From: Oculina patagonica
Lineage: Eukaryota
Direction of reading: 5' to 3'
Assembly (NCBI RefSeq): GCF_052425735.1
Contig: NC_135767.1
Span: 11,842,001-11,906,000 of the forward strand
Length of the DNA stretch: 64,000 nucleotides
Positions 1-12,311 of the stretch are shown here, one piece after another (within the stretch, counting starts at the first letter, position 1; every line of letters starts with the position of its first letter). The position numbers were made by a program, and so were the translations under genes. The notes under the pieces are model-generated. The model was not told where the DNA came from, did no database searches, and was given only the letters and a program-made list of their open reading frames with translations.

Positions 1-107
1 CTTGTGAAAACCTGGATAAAAAGGAAAACGACCTCTAGGATATCGGTGAATGGTGATTCTTTTTTGCTCCAGCTGAGTGTGATACCGTTGCGTGCACCGT
101 TAATTAA

Positions 108-735
108 GGCCCCGTCCACACTGATCCGGATAAATTTAATAACGGAGTTCTCGCCTCAAAAACGGATAAAATGTTTTCCGTTCACACTGATTCGGATAAA
201 TTTGGAAATGCTACGCTATATCGCACGCAACGTTGCAACGCACGAACAGAGCTATTGTAAAGCTAATTAAGCCTTCTGTTTTTGGCAGAGAACACATGAC
301 TATTTGACGTCAGCCTTTTCGAAAAGCTCCGTTTTCGCCGTCCACACTAGACTGTCCACAACCTCTCTATTTTTCAACACAAAAAACTGAAAGAATAGGC
401 CAGCAAAGCGAGCGCAAGCGCGAAGCTCGAAGGAAGGGGGAGGGTGGTGGGAGCGAGCGAAAGGAGCGAAAGAAATTGTTTTTTTCGCTCCCCTCTCCCC
501 ACCCCCATCGCGCCTACTGTTTTGCGCTGAAGGCGTCCAGTTCTCTCATCGTTCGTTCCCCGCGCTCATCGATCGAAAAAATACGAAAAAATAGAGACCT
601 GGGAACAGTCTACGTCCGCACTACACCACCTAGCCGACGTTTTCAAATCTCTCCACTCTGTAGACCGTTTTCGAAATGCTCCGTTTTCGGTGATCGAAAA
701 CGCTGTTTTAATGTGGACGCGGTACGGTTGGCCTA
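108..735. mobile_element. PIF/Harbinger-type MITE, interrupted by a second MITE
   Basis: Begins TAA-GGCCCCGTCCACACTG, the same terminus as the element at 33414. Internal GTCCACAC/GTGGAC repeats. Degenerate right end near ...GGCCTAA. Confidence 0.5.
348..612. mobile_element. Non-autonomous DNA transposon with TAG...CTA termini and 9-bp TSD (AcademH- or Mutator-like)
   Basis: TIRs TAGACTGT...CTCTATTTTT / AAAAATAGAG...ACAGTCTA. Flanks are CGTCCACAC (339-347) and CGTCCGCAC (613-621), a 9-bp TSD with one mismatch. Confidence 0.7.
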
Positions 736-1655
736 ACCGGAAGAAAAATGATGCAATTTCAAATTTATCCCTACAAGTGTTGCCTAAGAAACCATGAACA
801 CTTTGATGTATCTTTGATATTTAAATTTCTGTAGAAAACCGTCGAATGACAGCTCAAACTGCAGAAAAAATATACAAACGGACAATGATGGAGCTAATTG
901 GTATTTTTTTAACGAATAATTTGACAACTTACCGTAGCAGGTGTTCTTTTCAAATCTCTTCCTTAAACAAACTTTTGTACTGTGACTATTGTACAAGTAC
1001 TGCTAAACAGTTCAATAAGTCTCTTCATATGCAAATTCTGATTTTGTTTGCCCTTACTTAGGTAGGAGACTAGTTATCTCGAGACAGTTTCTTCCTGTCC
1101 TATTTGAGAAGACAGTTTAAATAAGTAAAACGATAAAATCAGTCTTAGGGAAGCTTTGGACAAGGTGAGTCTGTTGTATAAGACAGCTTTCTGAACACTG
1201 CTGTATTCTGTGCTTAAAACCTTTCCCAAATGGTTTTGTTTCGTTCGGTTTCGTTAATTTCATTTTGTTTTATTAAGTACGAAAAAAAAAAAGATTTAGT
1301 TGTAGACGAGTTTATAAATTGTGATTTTTAGAAAATCTACAACCTCGAGCTCAACATAATTAATGTTTAACTGATAGATGGTTTCAAAGTTATAGATAAT
1401 ACTTGAAGGAACTCTGGTCATTTATACCTTCTTCATATAATGTCTACAATAAAGCAGGCCTATAAGAGAAGCTCCCCATTAAGATTTTTTAATGGCTTTA
1501 ATTTATTTCTAAATTTACGCGATGACGCTATTAACCGCGACGTTGTTGTGTTTATTACAATTTGTGTAAATGTTAAATAATAGATCGGTGCTGTGTAGCA
1601 CTTTGTATTGTGGTGTTGTGAAGAAGTAGTTTCTTGTTAAGTGCTTAGTTTTCGA

Positions 1656-1693
1656 TGCGAGACGTTTCAGGAATAGTCACTTCATCAGTCGCA
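1656..1693 (-). ncRNA. Minimal type I hammerhead ribozyme motif (Penelope-type)
   Basis: Minus strand reads TGCGA-CTGATGA-agtgactattcct-GAAAC-GTC-TCGCA: both core boxes, a GUC cleavage triplet and a 5-bp stem I. Stem II is weak. Confidence 0.6.
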
Positions 1694-4599
1694 ACGCCGG
1701 TAGTGTGCTCAAAGCCGTTGATTAGAACTTGATTAGAATTTGTAATTGAAAGCGCTTTTTTGTGTTTTTCTTTTGTTGTTCTTTGGGTACTCGTAAAAAT
1801 TTAAAACTTTTCTTTAATGAGTCGTCAAAAACGGTAACTGTACACAAAATTCGCCTCTACACGACATAAATGCAATAGAAATGGAATGTAAGTTAGTCTA
1901 AAGCAGTTTTTCGTGTTTAAGAGAATTTGTTTATGGCAGTTTGTAATCGGCAAGGTGGCGTAGTCTTGATTTGAACCGTTTTGGTTTGGTTAAATACTTT
2001 TTTAAGGTCAAAATGTCCTATGTGATCGTTAGAGAATTTTAATTTATGTAGGTAACTGCATGATTCTCCTTCCTTTCTAATAAGCAATATTTGCGGTTTG
2101 GTTTCCCTTTTTTGTAATCTACGAAGCACTGCAAACGGCGTAAATCTCGTTTTTGATCCAAGCTGCTGAATAATTTAACCTGGGACGTATAACTTTGTTT
2201 TATTGTTGCTCAAAAATTAAGGGAATTTCATGTAGATACTGAATAAACTTTCTTCGTTTTTTGTTAACAATGGGAGGTAGAAAAACTCAATTTAATATAT
2301 TCAGATCCCAACAAAACTGTGTGGAATATCAACGAGTGTAAACAATTATCTTAGAACACGCTTAATGATTGAAAAAAAACAAAACACAAAAACAAAAACA
2401 ATCAGTCAATCAGTTAAAAATGCGTCATTTCTCAGGTGACAGTTAAAGTTTTGACCAATTATTGGCTATCAGTTAAACTGCATCCGCATATGCATAGCAT
2501 TTGTCTTATTAACATGAACGTATAAGGTAGGATCCCAGGAATCTAGTTTCCAGTTAATCTTCTTAGGACATAGTTTACTCTGCAGCTGTATGAACAGCCA
2601 AAATCTGTTTAAACATTAAAGGGGGGGAGCTTACACTCGATCACTTAACTTTTTAACATAATGAACTTTTCAGCAAAAGAGACAGGGGCGGGATAATGCG
2701 GAGGCTCGTTGACTTTCATGGGATGTTTAAAGACTATTTAGGCGTTTGGCGGGTGGTGTTTTTCATTCTACGTCAGTTAATCTTCGTGTTCGCCCTCTTT
2801 TTCGCTACCCTTTTATTTCGATAGATTGTCTACAGATTGTAGATAGATAGTATATATTGACACACATTGTATAGATTGTATATATGTATATTTTGCCTCG
2901 GGGTCTCGAGCCCCTGCAATAGGGGGGTGTTTCCATATTCTTTTGGCTTTATCCAAACGGTGCTTTAATTTAAGTGTTTTTTTGTATCTGGCGTGGTTCA
3001 GGTTCTGAATTGAAGAAGCAATGTTTAAGGGCCTGTTTACATGGAAGGCGGAATTTTCAAGGATACAGAAATATATTCTGCATCATATGACACAACTCAT
3101 CCTAAAGGAACTTTCAACATTGAATGGCTCGTGTTAGTGAATTCAGAATATACTTACCCTAAAGTAGGTGCATTTTAATTTATGCAGTGGACCCCGATAT
3201 GTTTATGTTTGTTTTTTTCTATTGCCCGTACTAAGCAGAACTTTCAAAATTTCTCGCGGCACTTTTGTTGCTCATTTATATGATGTCAAACAAAGATACC
3301 AGTTTTTTCCTCATCTTTTATCTTACCGCTTATTAAACTTGGCGCATTCCTTTGGCGTCTTTGGCATCAGCACGTCTCATCTGTGTGATCCATGAATTAA
3401 AGAACCCATTAGCTAATGTGCTTCTTTCGCAATTCCTAATCAATCCGGCACCCACGTGCTTATTATTAATTTAATTATAAAATATAGTGTTGATTAATTG
3501 TTTTCGAATGATGAGTCAGCTTCTCAACTGGTTTAGCTTCAAGACAGCCTCAATTGCAAATGGATAACATTACCAGCTATTGAACAAACCGGTAGGGCTC
3601 TTTCGACATCAAACTGTATTTGGGGAGGCATATGTTTTCAATGTCGTGTATAAACATTTTTTCTTTTTGCTATCTTCGGCTTAAAATAATCTCCCACACG
3701 CAGGCGATACCTGGGTTCGCCGCCCGTCTTAGCTTGCGTAGGAGTCTGTTTCAATATAATATAGAATGAGAGCACTGAAGTAATAATAATTTTGAATCGA
3801 TGTGAAGCAACGCACGAGGAAAAGGCTAAAAGACGACCGAAAACGGGCGCTAGGATATTGATAGCAAAAATCGGTAACGAATTCATGTAAATAATTCTCT
3901 TTTTCTCCTATTCTAATTATGCAAAGACGCATAAAAGCTTAATATTAATAACTCAATTCGTGACACAAGTGGCAATAGCGAACTAAAATAATACCACTTT
4001 TATCATTTGTTGATGATTGGCGATAAACGGTAAGCTTAATTTACTGCAGCGCCAGAAAATGATAAAGATAAGGCCACCTGGTGATGAAGATTTGACAGTT
4101 ACTAGCTGTCCTTCGACGAAACAAACACAGCGGTAGTTGTGAATAATAATCATCAGAGTTAACGTTTCCAAGTTGACGAGAAAATGTGTTCCGGGCATGT
4201 ATAAATTATTAACATGAAGTTATTTTTAAAAGGAAAATGCCAATATTCACATCATAACAATTCTATTGCTTGCTAGAACTGTAAAGGCTGTGTAAACTAT
4301 AGCTGGACAAAGACTTCATTTGTTCAAGGAGACGGCCAAACCAAGGTAAACTAACGTTTGAATAATGCTTGAGCCTTGTTTCGTCATTTTCTAACAGTTG
4401 CATTTAGCTAATCTCAACTTAATACAAACTTTGCTTGTGTAGACTTAAATTGCGACAGCAAAATCCGCTGTGCTCCTATTGAAACCACATTGACTTCCTT
4501 TTTGTCAGTTTTGAGAATTTTTTAACAACTATGGCTGAACTCACTGCTCGAAAAAAGCGAGAGCATGGCATGCGACGTCGAACAAGCACCTGAGACTTA

Positions 4600-4982
4600 G
4601 GCCCGGTTCAGACGCCGTAAAATAATTCGAATTTGGACCGACCCAAATTGACAAAAGTACGCCTCTTGATTCAGACGCCGTACTTTTTTGCCGTTCCGAG
4701 GCCGTTCCTAATACAGTTCCAATGATTGAGGTAAACTGCTGGCAAAATACATGTTAATAATTTATGAATTAGGATCGGCACATGAAAAGTACGGCGTCTG
4801 AATCAAAGCCGTTCCAAAGGCGTTTCACAGGCGAAATTCTCGGCCAAACCAGGCGGGAAGAACGGGTGAGCCGTTCCAAAGTGACATAGCCGTTCTAATT
4901 TGATTCAGACGCCGATCTTTTCATGTACTTAATTCAAGGAATTAGGTTCGGCTCATGAAAAGATCGGCGTCTGAACCGGGCC
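4600..4982. mobile_element. PIF/Harbinger (Tourist-like) MITE
   Basis: Perfect 18-bp TIR GGCCCGGTTCAGACGCCG, TTA on both flanks, internal repeats of TTCAGACGCCG. Confidence 0.85.
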
Positions 4983-6989
4983 TTAGTTATAGTTTATGTT
5001 AGCGAAAACCGGAATAAAAACAACACGGTGAAATTCATGTTCTTAAATGTTTTTGTGAACGTTCTTTTGTTTTGACAAGGGTAAGACATAAATTATATTC
5101 CAGTAAAGTGTTCGCTTAAAGACTTGTATTGCTTGTTATCAGCATCCTCATATTTAACAGGCAAACGGTCTTTCTCGGTCCGGTTGTTAATTTTAGAATT
5201 TATGTCCGTTTTTATAGAACAAAATTTATTGCTTTGTTCTACTCACTAGCGTGTTCGAGCGCTTATTTATTACAAATTGCGCGCGCATCAAGGAAAAATA
5301 AAGTCCGAAAAGTTTTATCTGAAATTAATTTCGGTTGATCAGCAAGTCACTTCTTGAAAGAAAAAAAAAATGCCTAGAAGAAAAAATTGTCATTTTATTT
5401 AAACCACAATATGGCTTAAAATAGTTCATTAGCCTCAGGGTACGTTTTCTGACCAAACAATAATTATCGCAGAATTATCGTAGTGTCACGGATAGCATAT
5501 ATTAAAAGCCGTTCTAGAAAAGATTTAAGATTATCTGTGGCGTCCAGTTGTTTGGAAAATAAGCCCGTTCGCAAGCCATTTCATCCAGCGTGATGCAAAT
5601 TAACCCCAATTTGGAGAATTGACGATGAGCACTTGAAAAAACAGAGCAAAAGACGAATAATTAGCTGCCTGCCAAGGTCTCGCTTAGTACGTCAAGGAGT
5701 TTTGGATTAATCGAGACCTCTTGGCGGTCACGATATGTTTTTATCTCTCGAGAATTTCATCAGGTAAGAAGCTTTCTAGAAATTTTCTTCTGTCGAGAAT
5801 TGACAATAAATCTAATAAAACAACTTTGAACTGCATTTGTGAAATACCCAGGAAACTTCTGCTCTCTTCCTAAGTTACTCACTCAAGACATTTTGATCCT
5901 TCCGGAATATTTATTGCTATAGTCTTGAAGTGCTAATAAATAAACAGTTTTACTGCCCTATAGTTAAGTTTAAATAATTAAAAAACTTAGGAAATCCTAC
6001 TACCTGTGGCCCAAAGCTTAAGGTTTTCAAGTTGAAGCCGAGAACCTTGTTTCAGGCATGTATTAATTATTTACATAAGATTATGTTTTAAAGAAAATGC
6101 CATATTCACAGCCTAACAATTCTGTTATATTCTAGAACTTTAGAGCCACCTGTGTGAACTGGAAGAAGATTTCTCTTTCGTCAAAGCTTTAGGCAGCCGA
6201 AAGGTAATAGTGAAAACAGTGTTTACACTTATTTTTTTGTAGACTTGAATAACAACATGATAAAACTGAGAACAGTATGTTCTTAACAGAACCATGTTTA
6301 ATTTCATTGGAATTTTTGGCTATTTAATTTTGAAACAAAGAGATCATAAAGTCTATTTCCTAGTTTTATCTTCTTCAGTCTGCGTCGAAGATAGGGAAAT
6401 TGTGACTCGCGACATCATTGCTCGAACATAGCGATTCTGAGCTAGCTTGAACTGTCTGTTGTATTCTATAAAATTAACATGATGATGATGATGCGAAGTT
6501 GAACGACCAGACTGAGACAGGAAAGACGGAATGAATACAAGATTGCGAAACTCGTGTTCTTAAATGTTCCTGTAGGGACGGTGAATGGTCTTTCAAAAAA
6601 AGCGTGTGACGCAAAATTTTAGCTAAATTTCAGGGTCTCCGCCGTCGTCTCGGATTTCCTTTGACGCCTTCTCGACGTCTCGCTTTCTTTTGCGAGGATA
6701 GGGCTCACAGAAAATATGTCAGTATTGTCGTCTTGCAAAGTCTTGCATTTACCATTTGACACCCCTTCCTGTAAGCGACCTTGTGTATTTACAATTGCCT
6801 TGCAATTGCATCCAAGGGCAGAACATACATTCTGCGCAAATAAAGCAGTCCCTCTGAGGAGTGTACAAGTTGTTTTTGAGGCCTGCAGCCTTACGAGGTA
6901 AACGGCTCTCTACATGTACGTCCAGTTGTTAAACGGAGAAATTGAGGATGTGACCGTTTTCAGTATGCAGCAACATTCATTACTTTGGC

Positions 6990-7333
6990 CTAATGATATA
7001 GGTGCTTATATAGCGCATTTACTAAGCTTAATGCGCTTCACAGTTAGAATTTTATTGGATGAGACCGGACATCAGCATATCAGGCGCCTTTGGCAGTTGC
7101 TATCCGTCCATGTATATGATCTCATCACACCACCAAACTCATAGAATAGAAACAGACCACAACACCGGGAACTTTATGCCCTACTCTTTACGAGTGAGTT
7201 CTTTAACGTCCCCTGCTGATTGTAACACTGAAGATGCAGGAGACGGGGCTTACAGTTTATCGTCCTTATCCGAGAAGACTAGAAAGTCTAACCATTTGCA
7301 GATGTAATAACAAAGGCAGCACGTTCTCCTCAA

Positions 7334-7364
<31 letters not shown>

Positions 7365-7433
7365 TGGGAGTCGAACCCGAGACCTCCCGCACGACAGTTC
7401 GGCGCTCTCCTAACTGAGCTAACCGGTCGGCGG
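6990..7433 (-). mobile_element. tRNA-derived SINE with Deu/Nin-like core and L2-like tail
   Basis: Minus strand has A box TAGCTCAGTTAGG and B box GGTTCGACTCC, core GGATAAGGACGATAAAC...GGACGTTAAAGA...AAGAGTAGGG, and tail GTGAAGCGC...GCGCTATATAA. Confidence 0.75.
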
Positions 7434-9844
7434 TGTTGTGTTACCGGCTGAATAAAACAGTGTTATTTCCTAATGGTTGCAGCTGCAAAGAATAAGAGAT
7501 AAAAGGCCAGAAAGCAGTAAATTTATTTCAGTTGATCAGCAAGTCGCTATACTTCGATGTCCAAAACACTGGTTAACAAACTGTCATTTTATTCAAATTG
7601 GATGATGGCCAGAGAACTCCATTCGCCCCAGGGCGCACGTGTTCAGTTCTGACATTATAATGCAGAATTTTTAATGCGTAGTAGCATTATTACACAAAAT
7701 GTTCTAATGTTGTACCGAAAGTGATCATGATTATCCGTGGGATCCAGTATTTTGGAAAAAAAAAAAAATAAGGCTGGAAGTACGCTATCAGCCAGCAAAA
7801 TGTAAATCTACATGTCTAGAAATGACAATACGCGCGTTTAAAAACAGCGCAGCAGACGAATGATTATAATCATGACCTGTCAAAATAATAAATGGGTACT
7901 TCGAGAAATTTTTAATCAACAAGACCGTTTGGCTCTCAAGAACAAAATATTTAAAATTGTTCGAAAACTTTTCATTAGCTAAGAAATTTTTCAGATATTT
8001 TTATCGGTTGAGAATTGCATTATAAAAGCGCCTCAGAAACTCCTTGTTCCTTTCGACTTTACTTTTTTATCATTCTATTTTTTTTTTTTGCCTTTCGAGA
8101 AATTTAAATTTATCGTTTGGAAAAAAATTCATCACAAGCTTTGTTATTGTTATAATTTATGAGTTTTGTCAACGACCAAATTTTCCATTAACCGACTGCC
8201 TTGCTGAAATGCTTCTAAAACTTCTGATTGTGTACCTATAATTTGAATCGTTCTAGAAATTTTTGCTGGTCGAAAAAGTTTTATTAATTGAGAAGATTTG
8301 TCTGTTTAGGTTGAAAATTGACAAAAAAGCCGTATGGCTTAAGAAGTGTCTGATAAAATCCTTTTACCTGTCGCCCTAAGCTTTTATTTATTTATTCAAG
8401 TCGCGATTTTAAGCTTTCTAAAAATAAAGTCATTAAAATGCCTCAGAAACTTCCGCTCTATTCCCAGCCAAATTATTCACCTATCAGTTGTGAATTTTCA
8501 TCGTACGCGTTCCAGAACATTTCACCAGCAAACAGCTTTTTAATAATAAATAATAATGTGTGGAGAGAATGAACTCAGAAAAATGGGATGGGATTTGAAC
8601 CCACGACCTTCCGTACACTAGTCGGAAGGTTTCTCTGTAAAACAATTTTCATCGGTCTAAAACGGACAATTATCGGTAAACAATTTTAACTGCTCATTGA
8701 AATGCCCGCGAAACTCCCGCTCGCTTTTTTTATTAATTGGCCGCGAAATTGTAAATTATTTTTTGTCTGTGAAACATTGTCATTAGTCTAGAACTGATAC
8801 CAAACAAGCAAACACAGAGTCTTTACTGTTTTTGTGAAATGGCCGAAAAGCTCAAGCCACGAATCAAGCTTTATCGCTCGACAATTTTTGTAAGATGACA
8901 GCTTTTTCTCTGTCGAGAAATGTCCATTATTACAAAACTGACATTAAAATTTAAAACCATTTAACTGCTTTATAAAGGTTCCAGTGAAAATCCTGCTCGC
9001 TTGCTTGATCATTTATTAATCAGTCGAGGAATTTCCATCGTTCGTGAATTTTTTATTGGTTACCGAGAATTATTCGTTCAACATCCAAATATTTTTTTTA
9101 TTAAGCCAGAACTACTTGCCTTAACAGAATGATTAGTTTTGTTCTGTGTACTAAAAGACATTCCTCCATTCGAGAGGTTGTCATTTTTCAGCCGCCTAAT
9201 TAAAATGAGTCAGGAAATCCCGCTATCAGTATTCCTAAGCTGCTCAGGCTTCTTGGGTAGTATCAACTCAACTCAACTCAACTCAGCTTTGTTTTATTTA
9301 TTTTATTAAATATAAAATTTAGAAGTGTTTGCTTCCGCCACAAAGGACAAAAATAATTGAGGGTGGAGGCAAGAGTTAAAATTATTATAATTGTTTTCCA
9401 GCGAGTTTTGCGTGTTCGAAGAAATTTCATAGGTTACGAATTCACACATTCTAAATAAACAGCCTTTTAGTACTGCCCTATTTAAGTGCCACTTGTTCGG
9501 TAGATTATTCACCCAGAGCAGAAGTTCCTCTTTAGGCAGCAAAAACTGTTACAATTTCCCGACCCATTTTAAGACACCGTGAGTAACTAATAAGTACACA
9601 AAGCAGTGGTTTCCTAAGTATTTTTTTTATAAGGCGGTTAAAACTACTGTTTTCTTTATACTTAATTGCGGACAATTGAAAATAACCTTACATTTTTATA
9701 CCCCCATCATATCGCTGAAAGCTCGGAACAAATTTAAACCACAAAGTTGCAAACTAGCGCTTAAAAGTACAAGGTCGGGTGGGTGGTTTTCTATTTCTAT
9801 CAATTAGAAAAACAGGAAGATAAAGCCCATCTCTTTTGGTTAAG

Positions 9845-9960
9845 CGGTGGCGGTGGCGGTGTCTGTGTCGGTGTCGATGTCGATGTCGGTGGCGGTGGCG
9901 GTGGCGGTGGCGGTGGCGGTGGCGGCGGCGGTGGAGGTGGAGGTGGCTGTGGCAGTGGCG
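9845..9960 (+). repeat. (GGTGGC)n G-rich microsatellite
   Basis: Direct read of hexamer/trimer repeats with GGTGTC and GATGTC variants. Confidence 0.9.
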
Positions 9961-10867
9961 ACGAAACCAACACAAGAACATTTATACATTAATGACTGAA
10001 GTCAAAGGAGACGTAAAAAAATCGCTTAAAATAACGTTGTTTATATACCGTTAAAAAATACTGTTGAAAACTGCCTTAAGGTTTATTGAAATTTATGGAA
10101 GCAAGATTATAACTGGTTACCAGAACTATAGCAGGGCATTGGAAGATTACAAACGGGATCTCGAGTTATGTTTTTTTTAAATTTAGCTTAAAGCATTTCA
10201 AACTTCGCTGATCCACCCGCTATAAAAAGCCAGCCGATAGCACTTTTAAAATGGAGGAAAACGAGTAAACTGAGCTCTACTTTTTGTCTGTCGAACTACA
10301 ATTTACAAGATTTTAGTTCATTCTCAGTAAGATTGTCATTTTTTGTGAAATATCTCATTTACATCTTGACGCTGTCTCGAATTATTCCATGCTGAATCAG
10401 AAAAACATATTTCAACCGAAATATTCATTTCATAGTTTCAAAAAGGGGTGTACCCTATTTTTTTGTATATGCGAATGTAAATTAAACTAGTATCAGTAAA
10501 TCGTTGTTTGTTTGAACATGATCCGTTTTCACAAAAGCCATCATCGAATGGGTTTACTTCGGATCGCTTTATTGACTTTGATAAACCAATTTACAGAAAG
10601 TTCTATGTTCGATTGTACACTATTACTGTAAACTCAAATGAGCTCAAACCATTATAGTTCGAATGGTTTTGTAGCAGACCAATCGAAATGGAAAAATTGG
10701 ATAAATGGAAAAAGAGGAATAACCTTCGTTCAAATGTTTTTTTTTTCTCTCTTAGGATATCTGCAATTTCAATTGAGTCACCTTTCTTTTTTCCAGCAAC
10801 AGCAGCAGCGTCACAGAATCGTCGTTGAGTAACAGTCTGTAACTGGTTTACATCACGCTATTTCAAG

Positions 10868-11974
10868 ATGTCGAGGGAGACTGACCTAAATGGACTAAAG
10901 GGTAACTTTTCATCCCCTTCAAACACAACAGTTGGACCCGTTGCTGAAATGACCCCACCCAAGGCGAAGCCAAATTACCAAGTTATATATGAAGTTTTGC
11001 CTATTGCTGTTGTAATCATTGTTGTGAACAGTATGGTCTTCTACTTGTTCGCCAAAAGTAAGCGGCTCCGTACCCCGACCAACTGTCTTCTCCTTAGCTT
11101 GGCTGTGTGCGATTTTATGGCCGGGTTCATTTGCATCCCTTTGTTTATCATTGTTGTTATACCAGTTTTCAAGCCCCCACAGCTGCATCTTGGACGTTTT
11201 AACGTCGTCTTTAACAATTTTATGGCCATAACAGCCGCTTACCATATTCTCTCCATAACGCTTGAACGGTATTTCTGCATTACTCGACCATTTGCCCATC
11301 GTCGGTTGACCAAGAAGTCGATGCTTAAAGTCGCTTTTTTAGTTTGGGTTGTTGCCGCCGTCATTGGATTCATGCCTTACGCTTGGTTCTCATTGCAGCT
11401 TAAAGACATCGTTGACTATCAAAAGACACAATCCGGCTACGTAATTTTCTGTTTGACTTTTGTGTTTGTGGTGCCGTGTGTCTTGATCGTTGTTTCTCAA
11501 ACACTCACTTTCAAGGCCATTGCCAAAAGTGGCGGAAACGGCCTGACTGCTACAAAAGCCGCCCAAAGAAAAGCGAGGAACGAAAAGAAATGCCTCATCA
11601 TTTTTGCCTTGATGGCGTTCATATATGTGGTTTGTTGGCTACCGTGGTTTGTACTCTACCTTTATTTTTCGTTCTGGTTTCCACTCAGTCAAGAAACCTA
11701 CCATGTTTTGGGTAAACTCGCCCAGGTATTTGTCATTTTAAGATACATAACATCAATTGTCAATCCACTGCTGTATACTTTCTTCAAACAGGACTTCCTT
11801 AGGGCTTTCAAACGGCTTGTCTTAAGGATAAGACCGCCTGTTCAGCGTAATCATTTTTCAACAACTACGAGCACCATGCTTCCTTCAGCGACTTTGCATC
11901 AGAAAAAGTTGATTGCTTCCGTGCCAAACAGCAATGAACATTCAGAGGAGAATGAGTTGATATCCACTGTGTAA
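10868..11974 (+). CDS. Class A (rhodopsin-like) GPCR, intronless, orphan
   Basis: 368-aa ORF with 7 hydrophobic segments and motifs SLAVCD, ERY, CWLPW and NPLLY. N-terminal sequons NFS and NTT. No D3.32 and no K7.43. Confidence 0.93.
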   Translation: MSRETDLNGLKGNFSSPSNTTVGPVAEMTPPKAKPNYQVIYEVLPIAVVIIVVNSMVFYLFAKSKRLRTPTNCLLLSLAVCDFMAGFICIPLFIIVVIPVFKPPQLHLGRFNVVFNNFMAITAAYHILSITLERYFCITRPFAHRRLTKKSMLKVAFLVWVVAAVIGFMPYAWFSLQLKDIVDYQKTQSGYVIFCLTFVFVVPCVLIVVSQTLTFKAIAKSGGNGLTATKAAQRKARNEKKCLIIFALMAFIYVVCWLPWFVLYLYFSFWFPLSQETYHVLGKLAQVFVILRYITSIVNPLLYTFFKQDFLRAFKRLVLRIRPPVQRNHFSTTTSTMLPSATLHQKKLIASVPNSNEHSEENELISTV

Positions 11975-12116
11975 ACAGAAACGCTGATGAAACGCTCAAA
12001 ATAAAAATGATGAACATCTTCTTGAGCTTGTCTCAAAGGTACTGCACTTGACTTTACACATCCAAGTGATTTATAGTAAATGGTTTGTACCAAGGAGTAT
12101 TAGTAGTTTTCCAAAG

Positions 12117-12311
12117 CGTGTAGTGTGATCGTCCGGGTGAAAGTAGTTCTAAGAAGAACTGTTGTTGGTGACTGACGTTTCGACAACCTGAGCGGAAGTC
12201 TTCTACAGAGGAGAATGAAGTCTAAAGTACTTCCGCCCAGGTTGTCGAAACGTCAGTCACCAACAACAGTTCTTCTCAGAACTATTCTCACCCGAACAAT
12301 CACACTATGCG
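12117..12311. repeat. About 195-bp palindrome made of two inverted degenerate hammerhead-like units
   Basis: Arms of about 85 bp are near-perfect inverted repeats. Each contains GACTTCCGCTCAGGTTGTC-GAAAC-GTC-AGTCAC (right arm slightly variant) preceded by a degenerate CTGANGA box. Confidence 0.8.

Larger units (their letters stand above)
4190..8050 (+). repeat. Old diverged tandem duplication of non-coding DNA (about 4190-5860 and 6050-8050)
   Basis: Collinear shared blocks, e.g. AAAATGCCA(A)TATTCACA (about 4233/6093), TGTTCTTAAATGTT (5038/6555) and GTTGATCAGCAAGTC (5335/7531). Confidence 0.65.

Noticed and set aside
7360-7433. tRNA gene-like sequences here and at about 22210, 22540 and 27815-27880
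   Set aside because: They are SINE or repeat heads without a proper acceptor stem, and they continue into repeat bodies.
9754-10054. ORFs with poly-Gly, (HR)n or (WR)n tracts
   Set aside because: Translations of a microsatellite with no other coding signal.
10868-11974. Opsin or aminergic receptor assignment
   Set aside because: No Lys at 7.43 and no Asp at 3.32.
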